A DNA stretch of 64,000 nucleotides, taken from the NCBI GenBank assembly GCA_010909165.1, contig VJWM01000173.1:310001-374000 (forward strand), in the 5' to 3' direction. A model generated the notes under the pieces. That model did no database searches, had not been told where the DNA came from, and saw only the letters and a list, made by a program, of their open reading frames with translations. This DNA comes from Anthoceros angustus (lineage: Eukaryota; Plantae; Anthocerotophyta). A program made the translations under genes and the position numbers. Below, one piece after another: positions 33,002 through 45,889 of this stretch; positions within the stretch are counted from its first letter, which is position 1; every line of letters starts with the position of its first letter.

Positions 33002-34960
33002 CTATGCTAAGGAGGCATACTTCATTCTTGTAGGCTCTTTGTTACCTAACCTCTTTCTCCTATCTGCTTCATACTCGGAGTAAGATCCTTCAAACCAAAC
33101 CGCTTTGGAGTCTCCCTCGAAGGCAAGAATGTGAGTAGCGATCCGGTCCAAAAACCATCGGTCGTGGGAAATGACCACTGCGCACCCCGCGAAGTCGGTA
33201 ATGGCATCTTCCAAGGCTCGTAATGTGTCGACATCCAGGTCATTGGTAGGCTCGTCAAGCAACAGCAAGTTCCCGCTCTTCTTCATCACCTTGGCCAGTT
33301 GCAGCCGATTTCGTTCCCCTCCTGACAAATTTCCGACCTTCTTCTGCTGGTCGGCACCCTTGAAGTTGTACCAACTGCAATAGGCCCGCGCATTCACCTT
33401 CCTCTCTCCCAGCAAAACCTCCTCGGCCCCATCTGTGATTTCCTGGAACACAGTCTTCTCAGAATCCAGCGAGTCCCGGGACTGATCGACGTACAAGGGA
33501 GCAACAGTGTCTCCAACCCTCAAGTATCCGGCGTCCGGGCTCTCCTGGCCCATGATCATCTTGAACAGGGTGGTCTTCCCTGCACCATTCCCTCCGATCA
33601 CTCCCACCACTCCGCCTGGAGGGAGACAGAAGTTCATGCCTTCCACCAGCACACGACCATTGAATGCCTTCTGCAACCCCTGAGCCTCTACGACAACGTC
33701 ACCAAGCCGCGGGCCGGGAGGAAGGAAGAGGGACTCCAGCTTCTCAGCTTTCTGATACTCGCTAGCTTTCTGCAGGAGCTCGTCATACGCTCGCTGCCGT
33801 GCCTTGCCCTTCTTCTGTTGGCCCTTGGCGTTCTGCTGAATCCATTCAAGCTCCCGTTGGATAGTTTTCTGCAGTGCAGACTGCTGCCTTTCCTCAGATC
33901 CCAGTCTCTTTGCCTTGGACTCCAGCCAAGCAGAGTAGTTGCCCTCAAATGGGATGCCTTGCCCTCTGTCCAGCTCAAGAATCCATCCGGCAACATTGTC
34001 AAGGAAGTAGCGGTCGTGGGTGATGGCCACCACCGTGCCCTTGAATTCTGCTAGATAGCGCTCCAACCACGCGACAGCCTCAGCATCCAGATGGTTGGTT
34101 GGCTCGTCCAGGAACAAAATATCAGGGCTCTGTAGCAGCAGGCGGCAGAGAGCCACCCGTCTGCGCTCCCCCCCGCTCAGATGCTGCACTAAGGAATCTC
34201 CAGGAGGACAGCGGAGAGCATCCAGGGCCCTCTCCATTTGCCGTTCAAGCTCCCAGCCGTTGCACGCATCCAGAGCGGTCTGCAACCTCTCCATCTTGCC
34301 CATAAGCTTGTCTATGTCTGCTGTCTCGGATGCCATGTCCACACTCACTTGCTCAAACTCCTGGAGCAGCTGCCGTGTCTGAGCAAGTGCAGGCTCGATG
34401 TTCTCCATCACAGTGGCTCCATCATTCAGCTCCGGCTCCTGTGCAAGGTATCCCACCCGGATGCTCGGATCCAAGTACATGTCTCCATCGAAATTAGTGT
34501 CCACACCAGCCAGGATTTTCAAGAGCGTGCTCTTCCCTGCTCCATTGGCTCCAAGCACACCAATTTTTGCTCCCAAGTACATGCCAATGTTGATGTTCTT
34601 GAGCAGCTCCTTCCCCATGGGTGTAACCTTCCGCAGATTCCGAACACTCAGAATGATCTGCCTGGTCTCATTGGCATAGGCTGAACCCTTCTCTGCAACC
34701 GCTGTTCCTCCGCCACCTCCTCCACTCCTTTCCTTGGGCACCGTGGTACCAGCTCCACCTCCAGATCCTCCCTTCTTCCCCTTCTTTGCCATGCAGACAA
34801 CCCTGAGGGAAGTCTTGCTCCAATTGCCTCTGCCATTGCCGGAGATGGTCGGCCTGCTGCACAGCAAGCGATCTCCATGCAGCAAGGATGAGAAGGGAGG
34901 TGCCTTGCCCTTCGATACCGCGGCCCCAGGCAGACAGCAGCTGTGTCCTGCGGCCGCCAT
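33002..34960 (-). CDS. ettA: ABC-F ATPase EttA/ChvD type with a probable plastid transit peptide; intronless
   Basis: Motifs: KIGVLGANGAGKSTLL, LSGGERRRVALCRLLL..LDEPTNHLD, HDRYFLDNVAGWILELDRG.GIPFEGNYS, ELEWI..KGQQKKGKAR linker, PPGPRLGDVV and HDRWFLDRIATHILAFEGDS. The N-extension is Ser/Arg/Ala-rich and ends RVVCMA. Confidence 0.93.
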   Translation of the reverse strand: MAAAGHSCCLPGAAVSKGKAPPFSSLLHGDRLLCSRPTISGNGRGNWSKTSLRVVCMAKKGKKGGSGGGAGTTVPKERSGGGGGGTAVAEKGSAYANETRQIILSVRNLRKVTPMGKELLKNINIGMYLGAKIGVLGANGAGKSTLLKILAGVDTNFDGDMYLDPSIRVGYLAQEPELNDGATVMENIEPALAQTRQLLQEFEQVSVDMASETADIDKLMGKMERLQTALDACNGWELERQMERALDALRCPPGDSLVQHLSGGERRRVALCRLLLQSPDILFLDEPTNHLDAEAVAWLERYLAEFKGTVVAITHDRYFLDNVAGWILELDRGQGIPFEGNYSAWLESKAKRLGSEERQQSALQKTIQRELEWIQQNAKGQQKKGKARQRAYDELLQKASEYQKAEKLESLFLPPGPRLGDVVVEAQGLQKAFNGRVLVEGMNFCLPPGGVVGVIGGNGAGKTTLFKMIMGQESPDAGYLRVGDTVAPLYVDQSRDSLDSEKTVFQEITDGAEEVLLGERKVNARAYCSWYNFKGADQQKKVGNLSGGERNRLQLAKVMKKSGNLLLLDEPTNDLDVDTLRALEDAITDFAGCAVVISHDRWFLDRIATHILAFEGDSKAVWFEGSYSEYEADRRKRLGNKEPTRMKYASLA

Positions 34961-35192
34961 GCCCAAACTTTGAATCTCTCAACACAATCCTCGCTTCACA
35001 TAGGTGTTGTGGGTGTCTGGGTGATGAAGGTCCAATCAGGTTGAAGGAGGTCTCTTTTTCTGGAAGTTTCTGTAATTCCTGCAGTAAAATGCGAGTTGTA
35101 CAAGCTCGAGGTACAATCTAGCCATCCACAGCCGCATTTGGCACCGTCTTTGACAGGGAAAGGGTTGAGAGTTTTAGCTCAGATTTAGCTGT

Positions 35193-36124
35193 TCAATGAA
35201 GATTTAGTTTCCGGGCAACAGTCTTCAAAGGAATCGGGTCTCGTTGAGAGTAAGCTATCAAGCAGGCCACGAGGATGGCAAGAACCCCAGCGAGGGCAGA
35301 GAAGACAGTGGCTTTCCCAACAAGGGAGGAATGGGAGGGATTGCCAGCGGGTATCTGCCACAACACTGGCTCTGGCAGGTTCTTTCCCCAAGACACGGGG
35401 ATGTGCAGACCTAGCCGCGATCCTTCGTTGCGAGGACGGTTGCACAGCAGTGAAACTTCGTCCGGCAAATGGATGTGCACAGAAGAATGGCTTTCAGTGC
35501 TCACAGCCTGCCAGAAGGAAAGAAGAATATGAATACCCATCCAGGGAAGTCTGGGAAGCTGTGTTCACCAGTGGTGCGCAACGTACCGGGTAACGTGCAT
35601 GTAGTGGAAGATTGATCTCTGCTTGCAGAAGAACTTCATCCTTGGAAGATCTGTCCGACTTGGTAGCTGCTGTCTGTACCTCAACAACGCATGCGTCAGA
35701 CCGGGAAGCAGGTTGCTCCAAGTTCGTGTCGCCCGACACACGAGCGCGCTTCACAGCTGATCATCACTGAAGGTGAGACATGTTATGAAATCTCAGCACA
35801 ACGTAACACAGATTTCTTCACAGAAGGATAGATACCTCGTGTTTGCTCCAACCTCTGAAGCTCATACGCATCTGCAAACAGAGCGTTAGGAAGAATTTCC
35901 AGAAGGACAACATCGCACTCCTGCGTGGTGTTGGAGGGCCAGTTTCGCACTCCAATTTTGAGGATTGTGTGGAGCTGCCGGTGAGCTCCACTGCCTTTCA
36001 GTTCCCTCACAACATGATGTGCCGTCGCATGTGGTGATTCCTCTACAAAGCCAGTACCAATCTTTGCCAAGACAAGAAGCAGAAACGCGATGAGCTTCGT
36101 CCGGATGCACCAGGCCAGCGCCAT
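35193..36124 (-). CDS. PIG-X: PIG-X/PBN1, GPI mannosyltransferase I subunit (complete 3-exon copy)
   Basis: A signal peptide is followed by RELKGSGAHRQL, LLEILPNALFADAYEL, GDTNLEQPA, LPLHARYP and WQIPAGNPSH, then a C-terminal TM helix. Confidence 0.88.
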
Positions 36125-38040
36125 TGCAATCCTTGGAAGGCTAGAACAGATGCATTTTAGGTTCAAAGATGCAAGAACTGTGAACCGTTGAACAGGCGTG
36201 GAGCAGGTGTCGTCCTGATGCAGTTCGTCTCTTGCCACGCAGCAAGCCGGCGTTGGTGGCAGAAGGAAAGAAGAATATGAATACCCATCCAGGGAAGTCT
36301 GGGAAGCTGTGTTCACCAGTGGTGCGCAACGTACCGGGTAACGTGCATGTAGTGGAAGATTGATCTCTGCTTGCAGAAGAACTTCATCCTTGGAAGATCT
36401 GTCCGACTTGGTAGCTGCTGTCTGTACCTCAACAACGCATGCGTCAGACCGGGAAGCAGGTTGCTCCAAGTTCGTGTCGCCTGACACACGAGCGCGCTTC
36501 ACAGCTGATCATCACTGAAGGTGAGAATCTCAGGCACAACGTAACACAGATTTCTTCACAGAAGGATAGATACCTCGTGTTTGCTCCAACCTCTGAAGCT
36601 CATACGCATCTGCAAACAGAGCGTTAGGAAGAATTTCCAGAAGGACAACATCGCACTCCTGCGTGGTGTTGGAGGGCCAGTTTCGCACTCCAATTTTGAG
36701 GATTGTGTGGAGCTGCCGGTGAGCTCCACTGCCTTTCAGTTCCCTCACAACATGATGTGCCGTCGCATGTGGTGATTCCTCTACAAAGCCAGTACCAATC
36801 TTTGCCAAGACAAGAAGCAGAAACGCGATGAGCTTCGTCCGGATGCACCAGGCCAGCGCCATTGCAATCCTTGGAAGGCTAGAACAGATGCATTTTAGGT
36901 TCAAAGATGCAAGAACTGTGAACCGTTGAACAGGCAGGTGTCGTCCTGATGCAGTTCGTCTCTTGCCACGCAGCAAGCCGGCGTTGGTGGCAAGAAGGGA
37001 AAGCATACGGAGGTATGTGAGTACATGGGCGAAAAACTGCCCGCGAGTCTATATCCTTTTGAAATCATGTTTTTACATTTTGAATTGCAGATTTGGAAAC
37101 CCTGCATCCTAGAGACTAGCATGAAGCAGCTTAGGCTGCACTCAGGAAAGAAGAATATGAATACCCATCCAGGGAAGTCTGGGAAGCTGTGTTCACCAGT
37201 GGTGCGCAACGTACCGGGTAACGTGCATGTAGTGGAAGATTGATCTCTGCTTGCAGAAGAACTTCATCCTTGGAAGATCTGTCCGACTTGGTAGCTGCTG
37301 TCTGTACCTCAACAACGCATGCGTCAGACCGGGAAGCAGGTTGCTCCAAGTTCGTGTCCTGACACACGAGCGCGCTTCACAGCTGATCATCACTGAAGGT
37401 GAGACATGTTATGAAATCTCAGCACAACGTAACACAGATTTCTTCACAGAAGGATAGATACCTCGTGTTTGCTCCAACCTCTGAAGCTCATACGCATCTG
37501 CAAACAGAGCGTTAGGAAGAATTTCAGAAGGACAACATCGCACTCCTGCGTGGTGTTGGAGGCCAGTTTCGCACTCAATTTTGAGGATTGTGTGGAGCTG
37601 CCGGTGAGCTCCACTGCCTTTCAGTTCCCTCACAACATGATGTGCCGTCGCATGTGGTGATTCCTCTACAAAGCCAGTACCAATCTTTGCCAAGACAAGA
37701 AGCAGAAACGCGATGAGCTTCGTCCGGATGCACCAGGCCAGCGCCATTGCAATCCTTGGAAGGCTAGAACAGATGCATTTTAGGTTCAAAGATGCAAGAA
37801 CTGTGAACCGTTGAACAGGCGTGGAGCAGGTGTCGTCCTGATGCAGTTCGTCTCTTGCCACGCAGCAAGCCGGCGTTGGTGGCAAGAAGGGAAAGCATAC
37901 GGAGGTATGTGAGTACATGGGCGAAAAACTGCCCGCGAGTCTATATCCTTTTGAAATCATGTTTTTACATTTTGAATTGCAGATTTGGAAACCCTGCATC
38001 CTAGAGACTAGCATGAAGCAGCTTAGGCTGCACTCGGGGA
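35513..38040. repeat. Tandem triplication of PIG-X 5' region and exons 1-2
   Basis: Three near-identical units (~35513-36263, ~36264-37145, ~37146-38040) join at (G)GAAAGAA microhomologies. The extra copies lack exon 3 and carry small indels. Confidence 0.9.
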
Positions 38041-38210
38041 AAGAATCAAATTCGCTACGGAGGTATCTACAATCAGTAGTTCACCTGGAAACTTGTGACA
38101 GAAACCTGCGTCTTGGCCTGCCCAGTTTTTGTCGACGAATCTTTGTGACAGCAGCTCACCCAAATGAGTCTGCAAAGGATGGGCACAGACTTTTCCACCG
38201 CATTGGTATT

Positions 38211-40642
38211 TTACCGAGGCCTTAAACCACGAGGACCACGTTTGGACCCCCGCTTGCCTGTCGACCCAGAGCTACCATAACCGTAGTTCTCATCCTCGTA
38301 TTCCTCCAGAAATCCTCGCCTCCCTATGTAGCTAAAGGTAACATCTCGGTCTGCAATGGCATCCTTGTCTGGGACATAACCTGGAGGACATAGTTGCATC
38401 AGTTCATCTTCCAAGCTGCGGCATAAGTGTTTGGACAGAGAAGGCAGTGGGAAGACAGAACAAACCTAGCTTTGAAGCCCAGTTGTATGTCTCCTGGATG
38501 TCCACCATGGAACCCTTGCCGCCTCCAAGTATTGGCAAATAGGAATTGTTGTAGCCGCTTTCCCAGTCCCCATCTAGCCTTCCACTAGAGCTGCTATCGT
38601 ACAATTTTCTTTCGATTACTACTTTAAACTCGTCACCTCTGGTCCGGACCTGTACAGCAAATGCAGAGACGTCATCATGTGGGGAGACATAAGAGGAGAC
38701 TGCCCGCCTGAAGAAGTTCCGCACCACAGCTTACCTCGACATACGGTTTTTTCCCATGAAGCAGACAATCAACACTTTTGTCAGTCTGCACCACACAAAC
38801 GTAGTGAAACAAATTCAGAATGTGAACTATCCTCAGGAAGTGAAACAAGGCACGGTGTGTAATACTTCAATTCACTTCACCTGGTGGGCAACCCAGTGAC
38901 TCCGCTCTCTCATTTCTATCAACAACGGAAAGGTGGGTGGAGCTTTCCTCTCCAGAACACTCTTCTGTGTGCCCCTAGCTCGGGCTTCTTCATCTCCGAG
39001 AGTAACAGTTTGAACACCACCAACCTGAACATAAACAGTCGAGAATGTGACTACGTCCAGCGGTAGCGAAACAGATCCCATCTCATAGCACAAGCAGTGC
39101 GCAGTAGGAAGGTATACCAAATCACATAAAGTAGGGTTCTTGATGATGTTCTCCAGCTTCTGGCCGTGCGCAGTCCCGACAAGCATAACTCCTCTTTCAG
39201 CAATTGTGCGGCATGCTAAGGCTTCAGCTTCAGAGCCGATCTCATCGACGATGACAACTTGAGGCATGTGATTCTCCACAGCCTCCACCATGACTTTGTG
39301 CTGCATGGAGGGGTCCGGCACTTGCATCCTCCGGGCACCGCCAATGGCAGGATGAGGAACATCACCATCACCCCCGATCTCATTGCTGGTGTCCACAATC
39401 ACCTGCACATCTTGGTGGCAACAACTCAATCAGCCCACCGAATACTCCGTGAAACCAACAAATCCCAAAATCAGACCACCCTTGCACAAACTGCTTTACT
39501 CACCACCCTCTTGTGCAGCTCGTCCGAGAGCACTCTGGCAATCTCCCGAATCACAGTCGTCTTCCCAACTCCAGGCCTGCCCCCAAACCCACGGGTCAGG
39601 TCACACATCCTGATCACTCATTCCGAGCACAGAAGGCAAGACCACGACCCACCTCCCCAGAAACAGGATGCTCTGGCCCGCGTGCAGCACATCCCGAACC
39701 ATGTCCACATGGCCAGTCACGGCCCGCCCCACCCGGCAAGTGAGACCCACAATCTGCCCCTTCCGACTCCGAATCGCAGATATCCGATGCAACGTGCCCT
39801 CAATTCCCGCACGATTATCCCCTCCGAACTCCCCCACCGCAGACTGCGCAGCCTGCAGATCCTCCCTGGTGATCTGCTCAGCAAAGCAACCAAACTCCGT
39901 AAGCATCAACCTACCATAACCCAGCCACAACCCAATCCCCACAACCCGGATCAACCCAACATACCTCCTCATCCCGGAGATACTCCCCCTCTCCATCTCC
40001 AAGAAACCGAGCCTCAGGCCGTCTGCCCAAGTCCAACACCACCTGTGTCATCACCACAACAAAGCTCCCACTTTCACTTCACGCATTCCCCTCCTTCCTT
40101 CCATACCCACATCCCGACAACCCAAACCCAGATCCAGCAAAAACGCATCCTCCCATCCACGCACCTCCAGAAGCTCTGCCCGGCGAGCATGGCTCAGCAA
40201 ATTCTCCCTCAAGTCCTCCGGCAGAACCTGCCACACCGAAACCCACAAGCCTCGGTAACACGACAGCCCACCATCCGACTTTCCCGCACCAAGCTCACCC
40301 AACTCCTCACCTGTAGCAGCATGTCCAGATCATCCCGCACCAGCACCGCGCCCTCCTCCACGCCACTCTGCCGGGCATCACTCCCGCTCTGCAGCAGAAA
40401 CAGGCCAAGGCCGGGGCCGAGCCAGGCCCGAATCCTCCTCCCGGACGCAGTCAATCCCAGCCAGCAGGCCACCCTCCGCCCGCCCCGAACAAGGCCCCGC
40501 CACCCGCCCACCGCTGGAATGCGCGGCCGGGCGGCACCGAACCCGACCCAATTCGAGACGCCTCCTTCCACGGCCCGGATCCGGCCCGGACGCCGCCGCC
40601 GCTGCTGCTTCCGGACCAGACGGCGCTCCTGTGCGCGTGCAT
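38211..40642 (-). CDS. Ycf45/SPD1-family P-loop (AAA+) ATPase, probably plastid-targeted; 5' end uncertain
   Basis: Reads [84 protein letters not shown] and LERKAPPTF. Confidence 0.9.
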
Positions 40643-41273
40643 TCTTCCACCCAATTCGCCAGCCCCGACAGGGGTGGAGGGGAGGCCGGAGGCGGAGCAG
40701 CCCTCTCCTACCCAGCTGCTGCGCCGATTCCAGGCGCCCCGGCGGCCTGGGGAGCGGGCTGCCGCAAATGCATCAGCCAGGCCCCGGTGCGAGGCCGGCC
40801 GGCTGCAGTTGCACCCTGCACCCGGTGGCGTTGGAGGAAGAGGCAGACACTCACAGCGGCAGCAAACAGCAGCGGCAGGAGTAGCCGGGACAAGGCAGGA
40901 ACAGACCAGAGGAACAGACTGTGCAAAGGGACGTTCAGAGCAAGGAACAGTATGCGGGTGGTGAAATTGTGCTGCTGCAAAGGCAAAATGGGCCAGCGCC
41001 CAGTAAGGTGTCCCTGCCGGGTTGGGTGGTATCCCGGAGGAATGTGCCAAGCCGGGATGCCAGGTGGGCGCAGCACACCACCCTGGCAGGTGGGCACGCC
41101 CGCAGCTTGGACTCGGATGCGCACAGACGACTTGCACTGCCCGCAAATCAACCACGCCCTGCGCTCACACCAGCTGCAGACACGCATATTCTTCTTGGGC
41201 GTGAGCGGGAGGAGGAGAGAGAAGGATGCTTGATGGGGAACAAAATTTTTAAACTCCCTCCATCAGACGTGAA

Positions 41274-41347
41274 GCTCCCGTAGCTCAGTTGGATAGAGCA
41301 TTGGTCTTATGAGCCGAAGGTCGCGGGTTCAAGCCCCGCCGGGAGCA
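41274..41347 (+). tRNA. tRNA-Ile(UAU), intronless
   Basis: The acceptor stem is GCTCCCG/CGGGAGC, the D-arm is TAGCTCAGTTGGATAGAGC, the anticodon loop is CT-TAT-GA and the T-arm is GCGGGTTCAAGCCCCGC. Confidence 0.95.
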
Positions 41348-42010
41348 AGTTCTGCAAGACACTTCTTCGACGACTTTATTGCGAGCGCTTTTCAACCAAT
41401 CAATTTGAAAGGTATAGTGGCTGAGTTTTGCGAATCACGTGTCATTGCCGCAGAGCCACGTGATAGTGCGATCCGACCCGAGTACGCTATTGGTGGCTGG
41501 GGACCGGCGGCCCAGCTTGCGTCTCCAACCACTCGGTGCTTCGTGGTGATGATTCAGGAAGGAACCACGGATCCCGGGCCCTCCGTGCCTGATATTTCTC
41601 GAAGGAAGTTAGGTGGACAACGGGGAAAAGAAAGAGCGACACGGTACTGGCCTGATGAGAGCATCTGAGAAGAATCGTGTTGTGTCCGAGCTACGGCATC
41701 TGCTGTGAGAGGGAGGACAAGGACGGCACAAAATGTCAAGTTGGCAGGCCAGAGAGAAAAGGGTAGGGGGATTTGGTCTTCAGGGATTGAAACGGTGACG
41801 AGGCTTGGGGCCTTCTTGCACGTTACACCACCTTAATCAAGGCCTGTGAGGTGGTAGACTAGCATTGCGGTCGGGCATTTCTAGAAAGAATGAGCTGTTG
41901 CAGTTATGTGGTGCGATTTCGTCGAAATTTGAAACTCCGCATCAAAAAAACCGGCTGTGGGAAGGAATCTGGATGACTTGGGAGTAATCTCTTGCTGGAA
42001 ATGAACAATC

Positions 42011-42040
42011 CTAGGGTTTTGGGGAAGCTTAAACCCTAGG
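42011..42040. promoter_or_regulatory. Inverted pair of telo-box-like motifs upstream of TIM13
   Basis: CTAGGGTTT (42011) and AAACCCTAG (42032) lie 60-90 bp before the ATG. Confidence 0.4.
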
Positions 42041-42100
42041 CACCGCTGGTGCCGTTCACTAATCTGCTCGCACCTTGTGCCACTTGCATCCACGGCGGAG

Positions 42101-42462
42101 ATGGATCCCTTCGCGTCTCCTTCGTCGTCGTCGCGACGGCCTCCCTCTACTGAAGACCTCATGGATGCTTTCAAGGTGCAGATGGCTCAAGCATACGCGG
42201 AGAAATTCTTTTCGGTGAGTGCCTTCTGGTGGAATCTTTGTTGCAAAGCTGGGCTCTGGTATGAGATTGCAGTTGGGATGATGAGGTGAGTGTTTTCTTT
42301 GTGGTGCAGACCATTCGAGAGAAGTGCTTCACCAAGTGTGTTGCAAAACCTGGGTCTAGTCTTAGCAACAGTGAGAGTAGTTGCGTCTCTAGATGTGTGG
42401 AACGGTATATTGAGGCCACAGGTATTGTGAACCGTGCCGTGTTCTCAGCCATACCTCACTGA
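42101..42462 (+). CDS. TIM13: Mitochondrial small Tim chaperone Tim13 (2 exons)
   Basis: LMDAFKVQMAQAYAEKFFS|TIREKCFTKCVAKPGSSLSNSESSCVSRCVERY contains the twin CX3C motif. Confidence 0.93.
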
Positions 42463-43595
42463 AGGGCTTGTTGACGATGGTCATTGAAGTAGTTCAGTCT
42501 TTGTTCTCTGGGACCAAGTTGCTCCTTGGTGCCACTTTTGCTTGCCTCTGAAAGTTCCTTGCGGCTATCCCTCGTGCACCGGAGATTCGATGTTCTGTGG
42601 CGAACCAGATTTGCACCGAGCTTTGGGCAAGTTTTCCTAACGGTTCAAACCTGTCCTTGGTGAGGAACGTAGCCGTGTGGAATGGTGATATCACCTGCAT
42701 GCTGCAGGTTAGGCGAGCGTCACACCCACAAGCACAATTTTGTGTCACTTGGAGCTTCGCGATTGTATGTCATTACCAAAGTGAGGAGGTTGATGAGTCC
42801 CCTGACACAAGGCATCTCGGCTGTTGTTGATGTCGCCCAATGCTGCTGGAGAATGGGTGACAGGATTTGACGGTTGCCGCCACACCGATGAGCCGTCTGA
42901 AGGCTGCCAAGGTCCAGGAACAAGTGCACCCACCGAGGTTTCAACTCCTCGTGTATCCCCATTGCTCAATACTTGAGATACTGCGCCTTTTGTTCCCAAA
43001 GAAGCTGAATCAAGTCACCTATTGCTCCTTGTCTCAGCCGTCGCGGTTGAGTCTGTTTCTGTCAACACTGGCCTTGTTCACAACGATCGTGATGCTGATC
43101 GAGGGCTCTTGTCGCATGGAGTGTCTGCCTCGGGAATCATCGTCTGCAAGCTATCAGCTTGCAACGTGTTGTGATACGTACTACGGCAACAGAAGCAGAC
43201 ACCAATAACATCAAGCAGGCACACGAGATCTTTCCTTGGTGATTACGCAGCCTCGAGATGTTCTTCACTGTTTTTCCAAAACTCTAGTCGGCACGACGGG
43301 TAGCGTGGGCACGGCTCAATGTGTAGTGTATCTGGTCAGGATGGAACCGAATATTTGAACAGGGTCTCTCCAGTGCGGAATCACTGTTTACTGTGATGTT
43401 GCATACTGGAAATCCTACATGGACGATACTCCCTGAAAGTTCCTAGACCCCAAGCTCCAGAAGACGACAAGAACAGTGCAATAATCCAGAATACATCTGT
43501 GTCCTGCCGGCACGCACCCAAGTGCCTAAGAATGCTATTTAAGGATCTTGCTACCACTACCCCAAGCTGATTCAACTAGCAGGGCTTGGATCAGA

Positions 43596-45303
43596 ATGGA
43601 GATTTTCAGGCACGTCGCGGTGCCCTTGCTGGCTATAGTTGTAGGCCTTGTGACGATCCAATGGCTTATTAGTAAAGACAAGCATCGATTGCGAGCTCCT
43701 CCTGGGCCGAGTAGATGGCCAATTCTTGGCAACATCCCGGCGCTGGCCGGGAACCATCCTCACATTTCCATGACCAAGCTGGCTGTCGAAAACAAATGGC
43801 CGATCATGTCGTTGCAGATTTCCAAGATAAAGATGCTAGTTGTTTCCACACCAGAGTTGGCCAAGGAGGTGCTCATCAAGTCTGGCATTGCATTCGCTTC
43901 CCGAAACGTCAACGGCACCAACTTCGCTGTCAAGGCATTGCTAGAAATGCCGCCAGACTCTGGCAACTACCGGGCTGTTGCTGGATCTCCTTACGGCCAT
44001 CAGTGGCGGGTGAACAGAAAGATTCTCACAATCGGGTTGATCAAGATGATGAAGTACTACGGTGATCGGTTGCTCTTCGAAGAGGTGAACAAGTTCGAAA
44101 ATTACGCAGATAAGAATCAGGGACGGGTGTTGAATGTGAGGGAGTCGTTGTGGAAGATCCTGGCAAATCACAACCTGCGGTTTCTCTTTGGCAAGAGGTT
44201 CTCTTATGATGATCCGGATCTGGATGAGCTCGTTCAGATGAACGAAGATGTCGGCACCTGCTTGGGAAAGGGCGCAGTTGTGGAGATGTTCCCCATCCTG
44301 GCTCCCTTCCACCGCAAGTGGGAGAAGCTGATACACAAGGTTGTCAAGCGGAAGAATGAAGTGCTGGAGGGCTTAATCGAACATCGCAGACAGTGAGTGC
44401 AGAGCAGCTCCCTCCTTTGCATCTTGTCATCTCTCATCTTGTCTTCAGAATTGGCTGATGATCCCTTGACTGAAACTGTACATGTGTGAACGTTGTGACC
44501 TTGCGAAGGTTGGGGAAGAGTGAAGAGGACTGGTACTTTGTTGACACAGTTCTGGAGGGCGAGAGGCTTGGGGAAATCGATCATGAGGACACTATCCGCA
44601 TCTTGGATGAAGTTAATTTGGCAGGTAGGCATCGAATTGGCATCGGCTTTCCGTATTGATCCAATCCAGGTCACCTTTTCATTCAAACGGAAGCCTGAAA
44701 ATTGGATGCTTGGAAACAGGAAATGAGACCACGGCTTCTACAGTAGAGTGGGCCTTTGCGGAGTTGGCAAACCGTCCCGAGATCTACCGCAAAATACAAG
44801 AAGAGATGGACCAAGTCCTAGGAAAGGGAGTCCCTATTCGAGCAGGAGACATCGAGAGGCTCCCGTATCTGAGAGCCTTTGTGAAGGAGAACTTCCGAGT
44901 GCACATGCATCTGCCTCTTGGATTGCCTCATGTGAATCAGGAGCCCGCAAAGCTCGGAGGTTACGACGTTCCCAAGGATTCGGTGGTGCACATCAACAGC
45001 TACGCCATTGCTCGTAATCCGCAAATCTGGCCGGAGCCGGAGAAGTTCGATCCAGATAGGTTTCTCCGGGAGGATGTGGATGTCACGGGGCAGGACTGCC
45101 GGCTTCTGCCTTTCGGAGGCGGTAGGCGGGTGTGCGCGGGGATTCCCCTAGCGCTTCCCCAGGTGCATATCCTCATTGCCCGGGTGGCGCAGAGGTACCA
45201 ATTAGTCATTCCAAATGGCAGCCAGACTCTTGAGATGGCAGAAGAGTTTGGAGTCGGAGTGAGAAAATTGAATCCCTTGAAGCTGGAACTGAAGAGGAGA
45301 TGA
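43596..45303 (+). CDS. Cytochrome P450, divergent CYP73 (C4H)-like, 3 exons
   Basis: Motifs: PPGP hinge, VVSTPELAKEVL, I-helix VNLAG|NETT, KENFR (ExxR), FDPDRF and heme motif PFGGGRRVCAG. Exons are 43596-44392, 44509-44624 and ~44720-45303. Confidence 0.92.
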
Positions 45304-45889
45304 GGGCACTGGCCCCAATTTGAAGCATCCTCGTCACCCTTTGCTCAAGGCAGCAAAAAATCAACAGCCCTGTTGATGTGAACTGGATGGCAACGCCAAT
45401 TCCAACTCATCCAGAGACTGAGGAATATGTTCACTTGTTCTTAGCTCATGCCTTACGCAAACTAGCTAGCCCTTTCATCCCTTCTTGCTGTTTACACTTT
45501 AGCTCATGCCTTATCACTCTTGTTACTAAGAACGGAGAACACCAGTGTTCTTACCACACGCAATCAACGCAGCAGGGTTTCCGTTGAGTTGCAGATCAGT
45601 GGATGTGTTGTTGGAATGTGTGTCCAGTGCGTGATATTTGCAGCGCCTGAACGTTAGGAGGCAGGCCTTAGTACAGCCCACAAGCGTTGCACGAGTTTAG
45701 GAGGGCTGCAGTCTGGTCCAAACACACAGTCTCATCAAGATTGCACCATCTAACTCACTTCAGACGCCGACTTCAAGGACGGCTTAACTCATTACACCTG
45801 GCGCACCTCGTGGCGGCTGCTGGCAAGGCCAAGTGTTCATTGTTGAGCAGGATCCTGCGTCACCCCATCTCCAGAGGCTCGGGGCCCTT

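Noticed and set aside
39259-40884. 541-aa plus-strand ORF
   Set aside because: It is antisense to the Ycf45-like gene, spans its introns, and has biased Pro/His/Gln composition.
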